From an uncultured Candidatus Saccharibacteria bacterium (lineage in GTDB: Bacteria > Patescibacteriota > Doudnabacteria > UBA920): a stretch of DNA of 64,000 nt. Under the pieces are notes generated by a model that saw nothing but the letters and a program-made list of their open reading frames with translations, did no database searches and was not told the origin of the DNA. Below are positions 9,451-18,237 of this stretch, piece by piece. Location of the stretch: NCBI GenBank assembly GCA_964504715.1, contig CAZDEP010000001.1, forward strand, positions 16,830-80,829. Reading direction: 5' to 3'. The first letter of the stretch is position 1. Every line of letters begins with the position of its first letter. The position numbers and the translations under genes were made by a program.

Positions 9451-9910
9451 TCAGATCTGCAGATGGGCGGATTTTACAGATACCTACAGATTTTAAAAGA
9501 TAAAGCTTATGGAAAAAAATGAATTCCTGTACGGTGACGAGACTTATAAATTAAGGGGACTGCTTTTTTCTGTTCATAACGAACTTGGCAGGTTTGCCAA
9601 AGAAAAACAATATTGCGACAAAGCCGAGGAAAAGTTTATCATTAACCAGTGGCCACATGTTAGAGAACCCCAAATCGGAGATATTGGTGATAGACCGGAT
9701 TTTATAGTCTGGGACTTAATTGTTGTTGAGTTTAAAGCAAAACCGTATTCGCAACAATCAGATTTTGAGCAGGTGCAACGTTATTTGCAGCAGACTAAAT
9801 TGAAATTAGGCATACTGGTAAATTTTAGGGCAAAATATTTGAATCCCCAAAGAATTTTGAATATTAATCATCTGCAGGTATCTGTAAAATCTAAAGATCT
9901 GTAGATCGGA
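9451..9910 (+). mobile_element. Element of about 460 bp, bounded by ~33-bp terminal inverted repeats, carrying a GxxExxY-family ORF and inserted into the VirB4 gene
   Basis: Left end is acagatgggcggattttacagatacctacagat. Right end is atctgcaggtatctgtaaaatctaaagatctgtagatcgg, the reverse complement of the left end with a few mismatches. A cargo-less copy of the same ends abuts at 37296-37392. Confidence 0.6.
9509..9904 (+). CDS. GxxExxY-family protein (PD-(D/E)XK nuclease-like fold), cargo of the inserted element
   Basis: LLFSVHNELGRFAKEKQY resembles the family motif (..v..eLGpGflEsvYe..). The spacing here is GxxxxExxY, so the match is a variant. The ORF's C-terminal codons lie inside the right terminal inverted repeat. 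Confidence 0.5.
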   Translation: MEKNEFLYGDETYKLRGLLFSVHNELGRFAKEKQYCDKAEEKFIINQWPHVREPQIGDIGDRPDFIVWDLIVVEFKAKPYSQQSDFEQVQRYLQQTKLKLGILVNFRAKYLNPQRILNINHLQVSVKSKDL

Positions 9911-9920
9911 ATAAAATATC

Positions 9921-11765
9921 TTGAGTATTTTTAAAGCAAAAACCGAAGAAGAGTTGCAGGCCAAAAAAGCCCGGCTCGAGGAGATGGAGCAGGAAAGCAA
10001 TGCGGGCAGGCGGCTTAAGGAAGTGGAAAAAACTTACCGCGAAGGGCTGACGACTCTAAAAGATTTAATAGCGCCCGCGGCTTTGAATTTCCAGGGCTCC
10101 CATTTTGAGCTGAACGGAAAATTTGCCCGTACGTTTTTTGTGCTTGCGTACCCGCGTTTTTTGTCCAGCAATTGGCTGTCGTTTATTATAAACGCGGAAG
10201 GCGCGCTGGACGTTTCTATTTTTATTTACCCCATAAATTCGGAAACCATTTTAAAGAAGCTTAAATCCAAAGTCGGCGAAATTGGTTCGCAAATGGCCAT
10301 TAACCAGGAAAAAGGCATGGTCAGGGACCCTATGCTCGAAACCGCTTACAAAGACGTGGAGTCTTTGCGCGATTCGCTGGTGCAAGGCACGGAACGCTAT
10401 TTTAGGGTAGGAATTTATTTTACGGTTTACGCCGAAGATTTAAAGCAGCTGGAAGCATTTTCCACTTCGCTTGAGAGCTCTTTGGGTTCCAAATTAATTG
10501 TTACCAAGCGGGCAATAATGCAAACCCAAGCCGGCCTGAATTCCTCTTTGCCTTTGGGGTTGGACGAACTTGATGTCGGCAATAACATGAATACCGGGCC
10601 ACTTTCCACGACTTTTCCGTTTGTGTCTTCGGACGTAACTTCCAACGACGGCATATTGTACGGCATTAACCGCCATAACAACAGCTTAATTTTGTTTGAC
10701 CGGTTTGCCATGGAAAACGCCAACAGCGTGGTTTTTGCCAAGTCCGGCGCCGGCAAATCTTACGCCATTAAGCTGGAAATTTTAAGGAGCTTAATGGTGG
10801 GCACGGAGGTCATAGTTATTGACCCGGAAAACGAGTACAAACATTTGGCCGAAGCCGTGGGCGGCACCTATTTAAACGTTTCTTTAAACAGCAACTCCCG
10901 AATCAATCCTTTTGATATTCCCGTGGGCCTGGAGGGCGAGGACAATACCGACATTATGCGCACCGCCGTGGTAAACCTTTTGGGGTTGGCGAATTTGATG
11001 GTCGGGAAATTAAATCCGACCGAAGAAGCGCTTTTGGACAAGGCCATTTGGCAAACCTATGCCAAAAAAGACATAACCCCCGAGCTGGCGGATTTTAAGA
11101 GCATTGAACCTCCGACCATGAACGACCTTTTGGAAATTTTGGCCGGCACGGTGGGCGCGGAGAATTTGGCCCAGCGGTTTTCTAAATTCACGGAAGGCAC
11201 TTTTGCGGGACTGTTTAACCAGCCGACCAATGTGGTTTTAAACAACTTGCTGGTGGTTTTTTCCATTAGGGATTTGGAAGAAGAATTGAGGCCCATCGCC
11301 ATGTATATAATCCTAAATTATATATGGAATATTGTCAGAAGCGAATTAAAAAGAAGGATTATGGTAATTGACGAAGCCTGGATCCTTATGCAGCACGAGG
11401 ACAGCGCCCGTTTCCTGTTTGGCATAGCCAAAAGGGCCCGCAAATATTATTTGGGCCTGACAACCATTACGCAAGATGTGGTGGATTTCATGAACAGCCC
11501 TTACGGCAAGCCGATTGTTACTAACTCTTCCATCCAATTGCTTTTAAAACAGTCACCGGCTGCCATTAACGTAATTGCCGAAACTTTCTTTTTAACCGAA
11601 GGCGAAAAATACCTGCTTTTGGAAAGCGAAGTGGGCGAGGGGATTTTCTTTGCGGGCAACAAGCACGCGGCAATTAAAATTTATGCCTCCTACGTCGAAG
11701 ACCAAATTATAACCACGGACCCGAAGCAGTTATTAGAGATAAAAGAAAGCCAGGAAACAGTTTAA
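9921..11765 (+). CDS. virB4: VirB4/TrbE-family T4SS ATPase, remaining ~614 aa: middle domain plus C-terminal AAA+ ATPase
   Basis: LKDLIAPAALNFQGSHFELNGKFARTFFVLAYPRFLSSNWLSFIINAEGALDVSIFIYP matches the VirB4 middle-domain consensus. Walker A is FAKSGAGKSYAIK, Walker B is RIMVIDEAW. The track's first codon is TTG. Confidence 0.85.
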   Translation: MSIFKAKTEEELQAKKARLEEMEQESNAGRRLKEVEKTYREGLTTLKDLIAPAALNFQGSHFELNGKFARTFFVLAYPRFLSSNWLSFIINAEGALDVSIFIYPINSETILKKLKSKVGEIGSQMAINQEKGMVRDPMLETAYKDVESLRDSLVQGTERYFRVGIYFTVYAEDLKQLEAFSTSLESSLGSKLIVTKRAIMQTQAGLNSSLPLGLDELDVGNNMNTGPLSTTFPFVSSDVTSNDGILYGINRHNNSLILFDRFAMENANSVVFAKSGAGKSYAIKLEILRSLMVGTEVIVIDPENEYKHLAEAVGGTYLNVSLNSNSRINPFDIPVGLEGEDNTDIMRTAVVNLLGLANLMVGKLNPTEEALLDKAIWQTYAKKDITPELADFKSIEPPTMNDLLEILAGTVGAENLAQRFSKFTEGTFAGLFNQPTNVVLNNLLVVFSIRDLEEELRPIAMYIILNYIWNIVRSELKRRIMVIDEAWILMQHEDSARFLFGIAKRARKYYLGLTTITQDVVDFMNSPYGKPIVTNSSIQLLLKQSPAAINVIAETFFLTEGEKYLLLESEVGEGIFFAGNKHAAIKIYASYVEDQIITTDPKQLLEIKESQETV

Positions 11766-11770
11766 TTCTA

Positions 11771-11860
11771 TTGACATAATTGACAAAATTTAAATAATTG
11801 ACAAGATTGGGATTCGAAATTTTGCTCAATTTTGTTCAATTATGTCATTTTTGTCAATTT
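11771..11860. promoter_or_regulatory. Dyad-symmetric array of TTGACA-like repeats (about 3 forward, 4 reverse) upstream of the 970-aa gene
   Basis: ttgacataattgacaaaatttaaataattgacaag ... tttgctcaattttgttcaattatgtcatttttgtcaattttt. Similar arrays are at 8655-8740, 55519-55560 and 60705-60750. Confidence 0.45.
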
Positions 11861-11864
11861 TTTT

Positions 11865-14744
11865 ATGGCCGACGATAATAAACCAACAGGCTCAGCAGGC
11901 GTGGCGGAAGAAGCGCCGGCAAAAAAACCGGACGATGCGCCCAAACAGCGTCCGCTTTCAGGCAGGCCGCTAATTATTCAGTTTGGCATACCGATCCCGG
12001 GCGTGGGCGCGGTAATTAACGGTGTTTCCATAGACAATTTTCCCGCCCAGGGCACCCAGGCGGAAATAAACGGCGGGTCTTTTATCAGCCTCGTAGGGAT
12101 CGGCTTGGACAGGTTTGACGACGAATATTGGCGGCTGGAAAGGCAGGGGAAAAAACCTGTGGAGTTGAAAGTTGTGTCCGCAGGCACGGGCGGCGAAGGG
12201 AAAAATTCTTTGAGGGGGAGGTGGGTAACTTTGCAGGTGCCCCGCTCCGAAGTTTCGGGCCTTAATCCCAATGAAAGTTTAGGCCTTAGCTTTTTTAGCA
12301 GCCGGATTGGGGGCAAGTTGCGCACCTTGCCAATGGTTTTTGTTTTTAAATCTGACTCTAGCCAGACCCAGGCAGCGCAGACTGTTTCCAATGCGCCCCA
12401 AATCCCGGTACAGCCCGGTAACATGGGCCCGGGCAATTTATCGGCAAACGGCGGGGCCGGAGTTTTTTCTGGGGCTGAATTGGGCGGACAGGTAATAGGC
12501 GGGGCCGCAAAAGCCGCTGCCGGGGCTTTTTCCGCGGGCGCTGGAGACAAACCCGCATCCGGCCCAATAAAAGCATCAGGCACCTTAAAATCTATGAGCA
12601 CGACGGCCTCTGCTGCTCTGGGCGGCGTCCAGGCGGACTTAGATGGGGGCGGCGGGGAAGTTTCTGTTTCAGAAACCGTAAAAACCACGGGCGCCGCGTT
12701 GCCTCAAACAGTAAAGCAAAGCGTGGAGGTTATAGGCGAGCATTTGGACAAAACCCCCGAGCTTATTGTAAATGCCAACGTCAGGCAAAAAATTTCTTCG
12801 GCGTTAAAAAGCGGTAATCTGTCTTCCTTAAGCGCGGAAGAAAAACAAACTTTAAATACAACCCTAAAGACTGTTACCGAAGGCGGTGGGCAGGTTTCGG
12901 CACAAGTTCAGGCCGCAGCGGGCATTATTTTAAACAGTGAAATAACCGGGGAGGCGCAAGTTAAGGCGCAAGGGCGCGCATCAACCACGGACGAAGCCCC
13001 TGTTAAGCAAACCATGCCAGCCGAAGCTGAAGAATCTGTCCAAGCCCAAACAGCTCCCTCGGCCCAGCCCAAAACCCAATCAATGAGTTTGGGCCAAAGC
13101 CTGCAAGCTACAGGGGAATTTTTGCAAAAAAATAATATCATTCCTAACTTTAAAGGCAGTCGCGGGCGAATTTTACAAGCTTTGGCCAACGGAAAAATTA
13201 ACGAACTTTCCGAAGACGACAGGGAAGTTTTGGCCGGCGCTTTAAAGTCGGCCAAATCGCAAGCGCCGGCCTCACTGCAAGCGTCTTTAAATAAAACAGC
13301 CCAAGCGGTAGCTACAGGACCCAAGGCCGAGGCAAATATTTCCAAGCCGTCGGAAATTAAAGAGACCGCGCTTAAAGCGAGCGCGCCTTTGTCGGTTAAG
13401 CGGGAGTTTGACGCGAAAATCGCGCAAATGAATACTGCGGGGCGTAAAGTTGATGCCGCGGTTTTGGGCAAAAGGCCCGAAGGCGCCGATGAAATAAATT
13501 TAAGCCGGGGAAAAGACATTAAAGTTAGGGAAAAAGAAAAGGCTGAAGAATCCGTCAAAGAAGGCGCAGAAGGGGCGGAAATAGGAACGCAATCTCCGCA
13601 GGAAGGCGAATTATCCAGGCAGGAAGGTATGCCCGAGGAAAAAATTTCCCCGGTTCTTCCCATGCCGCCGGCCGCTCCGGAAAAAACCGAAGAAGAAAAA
13701 GACGAGCCTAATTCAAAATCAGGTATCAAACGCAAGCCCGAAGAAAAATCCGGCGAAAACAATCCGGAGGAGCTAAGCCAGGACGAACAAAACCGTTTGG
13801 CGGAATTGGAAGAACAGCAGGCGCGGCTGCAAAATCAGGAAAGGCTTAAAGCCGTAAAAGAACAACAAGAGCAAAGTCTCGCCCGGCAGGCCGCGGAAAA
13901 AGAGGCAAACGCCGCTCTAAACGCTGTTTTAATGAAAGGCATTATGGCAGTCTGGCTTGCCGCCGTCGAAACTTTGGGACTTTCAATTTTAGTGGGCGCT
14001 TTGGCGGGAGATGTAATTTGGATTTTTAAAGGGTGGATTTTAAAAAAATTTGAATCTGGCAGAAACATTTTAAACAAATTTCATGGCGGAAAAAATGCGG
14101 GGCACTTAAAAATAGAGTTAAGCGGGAAAGTAAAGTTGAATATTATTGCCATGAACCTGGCAGTAGTGGCGGTAATTATTTTTTTGGCGGGCATACTCTT
14201 TGCGGCTATTAGGTTTGGTTGCAAAACTTATTTGCTGAGGGGCGATTATTGCGCAGTAATTAACAATATGGATTTTGAGTCGTTTAAGTCTTATATTACT
14301 GTGCCAACTGTCCCGGCGGCGCCCGTTGGGGGCGTATGCAGCCCGGTTCCGGCCGGCGTGGCCAGCCCTTCGGCTTTGGCTGGCACTTGCTTTGGGCAAA
14401 ACGCTTCCGCGGCTTCCATGATAGCCGCGGCGGAAAGCGGGGGAGACCCGGGCAAGGCAAGCCGCGTGGATATTTGTACGGTGGACAACAGCGTGGTTTC
14501 CTGGGGCCTGTTCCAAATAAATTTAAGCGCGCATAAAATCGGCAGCCTGGATTGCCCCAAAGCTTTTAGCAAAATGTATACCGGCAGCAGCAAAGACTGC
14601 CGCGTGGTGGACCAGGCGCTGTACCAACTGTGTGTTAAGGCCGCTACCGCTCCCGACTCTCAAATCCAAACCGCCTGCGCAATTTCCGGCAACGGCAGCA
14701 ACTGGAACGCTTGGCTGAATACTAAAAATAAATGCGGACTTTAA
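11865..14744 (+). CDS. Giant T4SS-associated protein. It has a ~190-aa N-terminal domain, a ~500-aa Ala/Gln/Lys/Glu-rich disordered linker, two hydrophobic helices, and a C-terminal lytic transglycosylase (SLT/VirB1-like) domain.
   Basis: C-terminal ...AAAESGGDPGKASRVDICTVDNSVVSWGLFQINL carries the SLT catalytic Glu-Ser and the GLxQ(I/V) motif at the expected spacing. Hydrophobic helices are at about aa 690-715 and 750-775. The ATG at 11865 is preferred over the upstream TTG. Confidence 0.6.
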   Translation: MADDNKPTGSAGVAEEAPAKKPDDAPKQRPLSGRPLIIQFGIPIPGVGAVINGVSIDNFPAQGTQAEINGGSFISLVGIGLDRFDDEYWRLERQGKKPVELKVVSAGTGGEGKNSLRGRWVTLQVPRSEVSGLNPNESLGLSFFSSRIGGKLRTLPMVFVFKSDSSQTQAAQTVSNAPQIPVQPGNMGPGNLSANGGAGVFSGAELGGQVIGGAAKAAAGAFSAGAGDKPASGPIKASGTLKSMSTTASAALGGVQADLDGGGGEVSVSETVKTTGAALPQTVKQSVEVIGEHLDKTPELIVNANVRQKISSALKSGNLSSLSAEEKQTLNTTLKTVTEGGGQVSAQVQAAAGIILNSEITGEAQVKAQGRASTTDEAPVKQTMPAEAEESVQAQTAPSAQPKTQSMSLGQSLQATGEFLQKNNIIPNFKGSRGRILQALANGKINELSEDDREVLAGALKSAKSQAPASLQASLNKTAQAVATGPKAEANISKPSEIKETALKASAPLSVKREFDAKIAQMNTAGRKVDAAVLGKRPEGADEINLSRGKDIKVREKEKAEESVKEGAEGAEIGTQSPQEGELSRQEGMPEEKISPVLPMPPAAPEKTEEEKDEPNSKSGIKRKPEEKSGENNPEELSQDEQNRLAELEEQQARLQNQERLKAVKEQQEQSLARQAAEKEANAALNAVLMKGIMAVWLAAVETLGLSILVGALAGDVIWIFKGWILKKFESGRNILNKFHGGKNAGHLKIELSGKVKLNIIAMNLAVVAVIIFLAGILFAAIRFGCKTYLLRGDYCAVINNMDFESFKSYITVPTVPAAPVGGVCSPVPAGVASPSALAGTCFGQNASAASMIAAAESGGDPGKASRVDICTVDNSVVSWGLFQINLSAHKIGSLDCPKAFSKMYTGSSKDCRVVDQALYQLCVKAATAPDSQIQTACAISGNGSNWNAWLNTKNKCGL

Positions 14745-14865
14745 GCATAGCCCGACTTACGCGCTTGACCTTGCGGGCTACCTACATTAAATAAAAGTTG
14801 GGATCAACATTTGTTTTTCAATATTGGTGACAAGTATGAATAATTAAATTGCAAGCAATAAAAAT

Positions 14866-15315
14866 ATGAAAAAATATCTGATATTTTTTGGAATACCCAT
14901 GGTATTGCTGCTTTTGGTTTACAGTTTTTATTCCGCTTTTAAAAACAGTTCCGGTCCCAATGGCACAAACGGTGAGACCTTGGAGCTTTCAAGCACACAA
15001 GGGCCGCCCGTTACCGTTAAGAATTTTCTAAAATCCCCGGTCCAGAATTTAAGCTATGGCGCAGTGATTGCCGAAACTCCGGACTATAAAATAATTTATT
15101 TTTCCGAGGACGAAGGTATAATTATTACCCTAAAATCTACCCCCTTAGGCTACGCCCAAGTGGAAGCGGAAGGCGAATTGCTTGTTAAATTGGGCATTTT
15201 AAGGACCCAGGCATGCAGTTTAAAGGTATTTATTACCGTGCCTATGGACGTGAGCGCGGAGGCTGCGGGCAAAAATTACCCTTTAAGCTTTTGCACAGGC
15301 GGAAAAGTTTTATAA
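14866..15315 (+). CDS. Small secreted or membrane-anchored hypothetical protein
   Basis: N-terminal hydrophobic segment LIFFGIPMVLLLLVYSFYSAF; 149 aa; no motif. Confidence 0.35.
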   Translation: MKKYLIFFGIPMVLLLLVYSFYSAFKNSSGPNGTNGETLELSSTQGPPVTVKNFLKSPVQNLSYGAVIAETPDYKIIYFSEDEGIIITLKSTPLGYAQVEAEGELLVKLGILRTQACSLKVFITVPMDVSAEAAGKNYPLSFCTGGKVL

Positions 15316-15325
15316 TTTAAAATTT

Positions 15326-15336
15326 TGTGGTATAAT
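15326..15336 (+). promoter_or_regulatory. Extended -10 TGTGGTATAAT upstream of the beta-propeller gene
   Basis: Exact tgtggtataat about 50 nt upstream of the ATG at 15390. Confidence 0.45.
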
Positions 15337-15389
15337 AAATTAACAGATTAAGCCTGAATATTGAAAATTAAAATAAATATTTAACAGGG

Positions 15390-16598
15390 ATGAATAAAAA
15401 AGCAATTATTATATTGGGCGCCATATTCTTTTTGATTATTGGCACCTTGGGTTTTTTGGTTTATTCTAAATATAGTGGCTCCGGCAGCCAAAAAACGGCA
15501 GAAACGCCGGGCAATACAGCAGATCAAAATGCCACCACCACAGTAGACACCAACACGGACGTTTCGGGTAATCCGGACGGCCAAAACCCAAACCCCAACG
15601 CAGGCAATAAATTTTTCAGGCTGACCGAATCGGACCAGATTATTTCGCCCGTCCTTTTTTATAACGGCAACGGTATAACTTATTTGAATTCCAAGGGCGA
15701 ATTAATTAAGAGCGACTTTGAAACCGGCCTCGACGGTTCGGTTTCTTTAACCCGCACCCGAAGCCTGGCCATTCCGCTTAAAAGCGGCATAGAAAAAGTC
15801 TTGTGGCCCAAAAATGGCGACGATTTTATTGCCCAAATTTCCACTGAAAGCGCGGCTTTCAGTTATTTTAATTTCCAGGCGGGAAGTTATAGCGATTTGC
15901 CCACACAGGTAAAAGCGGTGGAGTGGCTGCCGGGCGGCGACAAAATTTTGTTTATATGGGTGGACAAAGACTCAAGCGGCCAGGAAAAAGCCACTTTAAA
16001 TACGGCCAAGCCCGACACTTCCGAATATTCGCAAGTCGCCGAACTTTACGAGACTGATGATGCCATCCATCTTTCTCCCGACGGCTTAAACTTGCTTTTT
16101 TACCGTACCCAAAATTCGGGCGGTACCAATAAAATTATTTTGACCGACCCGCAGGGCAAAGTTTGGAAAGATTTGGTGGCAACGGGATATAATTACGGCG
16201 TGTTGTGGAGCCCGGACAGCCAGAAGTTTATATTTGCAAAAAAAGCGCCACAGGCCCAAGGTTACCAGCTTTGGTATTATGACTTGTATACCGGCGAAAC
16301 CAAGAACTTAGGCCTAGGCGGCCTGCCCCAAAAAGCGGTGTGGGCGGGAGACAGCCGGAGCGTGTACGTGGCCGCGCCCAAAGACGGCACGCCGATTATG
16401 GATGCCTCTGACTTAAACAGCCGTTTTACCACAGACAAGTTTTACAAAATTGACACTTCCACTTTGGAAAAAGTTGAGTATGACCCGGGGAGTATGAATA
16501 TTGACGGCCGGGAAATGTTCCTAAATCCGGGTGAAAACAAGCTGTTTTTTAAAAACGCCCAGGATGGAGGGTTGTACTACTTGGACTTAACCCAATAG
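15390..16598 (+). CDS. Membrane-anchored PD40/TolB-like beta-propeller repeat protein
   Basis: N-terminal TM helix, then repeated (L/W)SPDG/SPDS..(L/I)(F/L) segments (LSPDGLNLLFY, WSPDSQKFIFA) typical of PD40 WD40-like repeats. Confidence 0.5.
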   Translation: MNKKAIIILGAIFFLIIGTLGFLVYSKYSGSGSQKTAETPGNTADQNATTTVDTNTDVSGNPDGQNPNPNAGNKFFRLTESDQIISPVLFYNGNGITYLNSKGELIKSDFETGLDGSVSLTRTRSLAIPLKSGIEKVLWPKNGDDFIAQISTESAAFSYFNFQAGSYSDLPTQVKAVEWLPGGDKILFIWVDKDSSGQEKATLNTAKPDTSEYSQVAELYETDDAIHLSPDGLNLLFYRTQNSGGTNKIILTDPQGKVWKDLVATGYNYGVLWSPDSQKFIFAKKAPQAQGYQLWYYDLYTGETKNLGLGGLPQKAVWAGDSRSVYVAAPKDGTPIMDASDLNSRFTTDKFYKIDTSTLEKVEYDPGSMNIDGREMFLNPGENKLFFKNAQDGGLYYLDLTQ

Positions 16599-16675
16599 GT
16601 GTCCTTTTTGGGCATTTAGGTTTTTGAAAGTCTTAAATTTCTAATTAGCCTAATTTCTAATATCTAAATAGGCCT

Positions 16676-16695
16676 CAATTCCCAATTGGGAATTG
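16676..16695. promoter_or_regulatory. Perfect 18-bp palindrome AATTCCCAATTGGGAATT upstream of radA (candidate operator)
   Basis: caattcccaattgggaattg lies about 50 bp upstream of the radA start, inside an AT-rich region that also has CTAATTTCTAA repeats. Confidence 0.35.
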
Positions 16696-16744
16696 GACAT
16701 TATTTAGGTCAATTAGTACAATTAGAGTAATTAGGAATTTTTTA

Positions 16745-18073
16745 ATGGTTAAAACTAATACAATTTTTGTTTGCTCGAATTGCAATTACCAAAGCCCCAA
16801 GTGGCAGGGCAAGTGCCCCAACTGCGGCGAATGGAATACTTTTGAGGAAAGGACGCAAGTTAGCAGGGGGAAATCTCAGGGGCAGGTGCAGGCCGCCAAG
16901 TCTGTGGGACTTTCGTCGCTTGGAGGCGGACAACGGCCCAGGGTCCAAAGCGGGATTTCGGAGTTTGACGAAGTAATCGGCGGAGGCCTTGTGGCGGGTT
17001 CGCTCGTGCTTTTGGGCGGCGATCCGGGCATTGGCAAATCTACCCTGGCTTTACAAATTTCCTTAAACCTCCAGGACCGGGTGCTTTATGTTTCCGGTGA
17101 AGAGTCGGCCAACCAAATAAAAATGAGAGCCGACCGGATTACAAAAAACCAAAATTTGCAGGTTTTGTCCGAGACCAACCTCGACGCCGTATTGAGTTCT
17201 GTGGAAGCGCAAACGCCTGAAATTGTAATTGTCGATTCCATCCAAACTATGTATTCCGAAGACGCCAGCGGCGTGGCCGGGGGCGTGGCGCAAGTAACGA
17301 GCGCAGTGCAGAAAATAATGCGCCTGGCCAAAAGCAGCCATATAACTTTTATCCTCATCGGCCATGTTACCAAGGAAGGGTATTTGGCAGGGCCCAAAAC
17401 TTTGGAGCATATGGTTGATACCGTGCTGTATTTGGAGGGCGAAAGGTTTGCAAACTTACGCATTTTGCGCGGCGTAAAAAACCGCTTTGGCACGACCAAT
17501 GAAGTGGGCGTTTTTGAAATGTCGGGAGGCGGATTGGCGGAAGTTAAAAATCCTTCCCAGCTGTTTTTGGGTGAAGATTCCATAAAAGCATCGGGCAACA
17601 CCATTACCAGCGTTATGGAAGGCAGCCGCGCCCTGCTTATAGAAATCCAGGCCCTGACTTCCCCCAGCAATTTTGGCTATCCCAAGCGTACAACCAGCGG
17701 CTACGACAACAACCGTTTGCAGCTTATTACCGCCATACTATCCAAGCGCGCGGGCTTGAACCTCTCCAACCAGGATATTTTTGTAAATGTGGTGGGCGGC
17801 ATAAAGATTGAAGAACCCGCGGCCGATTTGGCAGTGGCTCTGGCAATAGTTTCCAGTATGAAAGATATAATTATCCAGGAGGCGGTAGTAATCGGCGAGC
17901 TGGGGCTTTCCGGGGAATTAAGGTTTGTGCCCAATTTGGAAAAAAGGATAAAAGAAGCGGAGAAGCTGGGTTTTAAAAAAGCCATCTGTCCTAAAGGCAA
18001 AATCGCCTTAAAGTCTTCCAAACTTGAAATAGTCCAAGTTAGAACCCTCTCTGAAGCCATTAGCAAACTTTAG
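16745..18073 (+). CDS. radA: DNA repair protein RadA/Sms
   Basis: N-terminal C4 zinc finger CSNCNYQSPKWQGKCPNCGEW, Walker A GGDPGIGKST, the KNRFG motif, and a Lon-protease-like C-terminal domain. Confidence 0.9.
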   Translation: MVKTNTIFVCSNCNYQSPKWQGKCPNCGEWNTFEERTQVSRGKSQGQVQAAKSVGLSSLGGGQRPRVQSGISEFDEVIGGGLVAGSLVLLGGDPGIGKSTLALQISLNLQDRVLYVSGEESANQIKMRADRITKNQNLQVLSETNLDAVLSSVEAQTPEIVIVDSIQTMYSEDASGVAGGVAQVTSAVQKIMRLAKSSHITFILIGHVTKEGYLAGPKTLEHMVDTVLYLEGERFANLRILRGVKNRFGTTNEVGVFEMSGGGLAEVKNPSQLFLGEDSIKASGNTITSVMEGSRALLIEIQALTSPSNFGYPKRTTSGYDNNRLQLITAILSKRAGLNLSNQDIFVNVVGGIKIEEPAADLAVALAIVSSMKDIIIQEAVVIGELGLSGELRFVPNLEKRIKEAEKLGFKKAICPKGKIALKSSKLEIVQVRTLSEAISKL

Positions 18074-18102
18074 AAATTTTTTAATATTTTATAACTTTTC
18101 TC

Positions 18103-18138
18103 CCCATAGGCTAATTCGGGCGAATTAGCCTATGGGGT
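18103..18138. repeat. About 30-bp perfect palindrome, copy 1 (ccccataggctaattcgggcgaattagcctatgggg)
   Basis: A near-identical copy in inverted orientation (centre ggc versus ccc) is at 22584-22620. Together they bracket a 4.4-kb cassette between the convergent radA and recG genes. Confidence 0.6.
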
Positions 18139-18237
18139 AAGTTAAAATTGTGTTCAAATAATTCCCCTTATTTGACAGGGTTTTAGAGTTTGTTATTATA
18201 TATAAAATAGAGGTTTAAAAATAAGGAAACAAAATAT

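Noticed and set aside
9451-9910. Intein or group I/II intron interpretation of the VirB4 interruption
   Set aside because: The upstream ORF ends in a stop codon before the element, and the insert is only about 460 bp with a normal small ORF. It lacks intein splice-junction residues (no Cys/Ser...HN + Cys/Ser/Thr) and is far too small for a group II intron. The terminal inverted repeats and the cargo-less copy at 37296 favour a transposable element.
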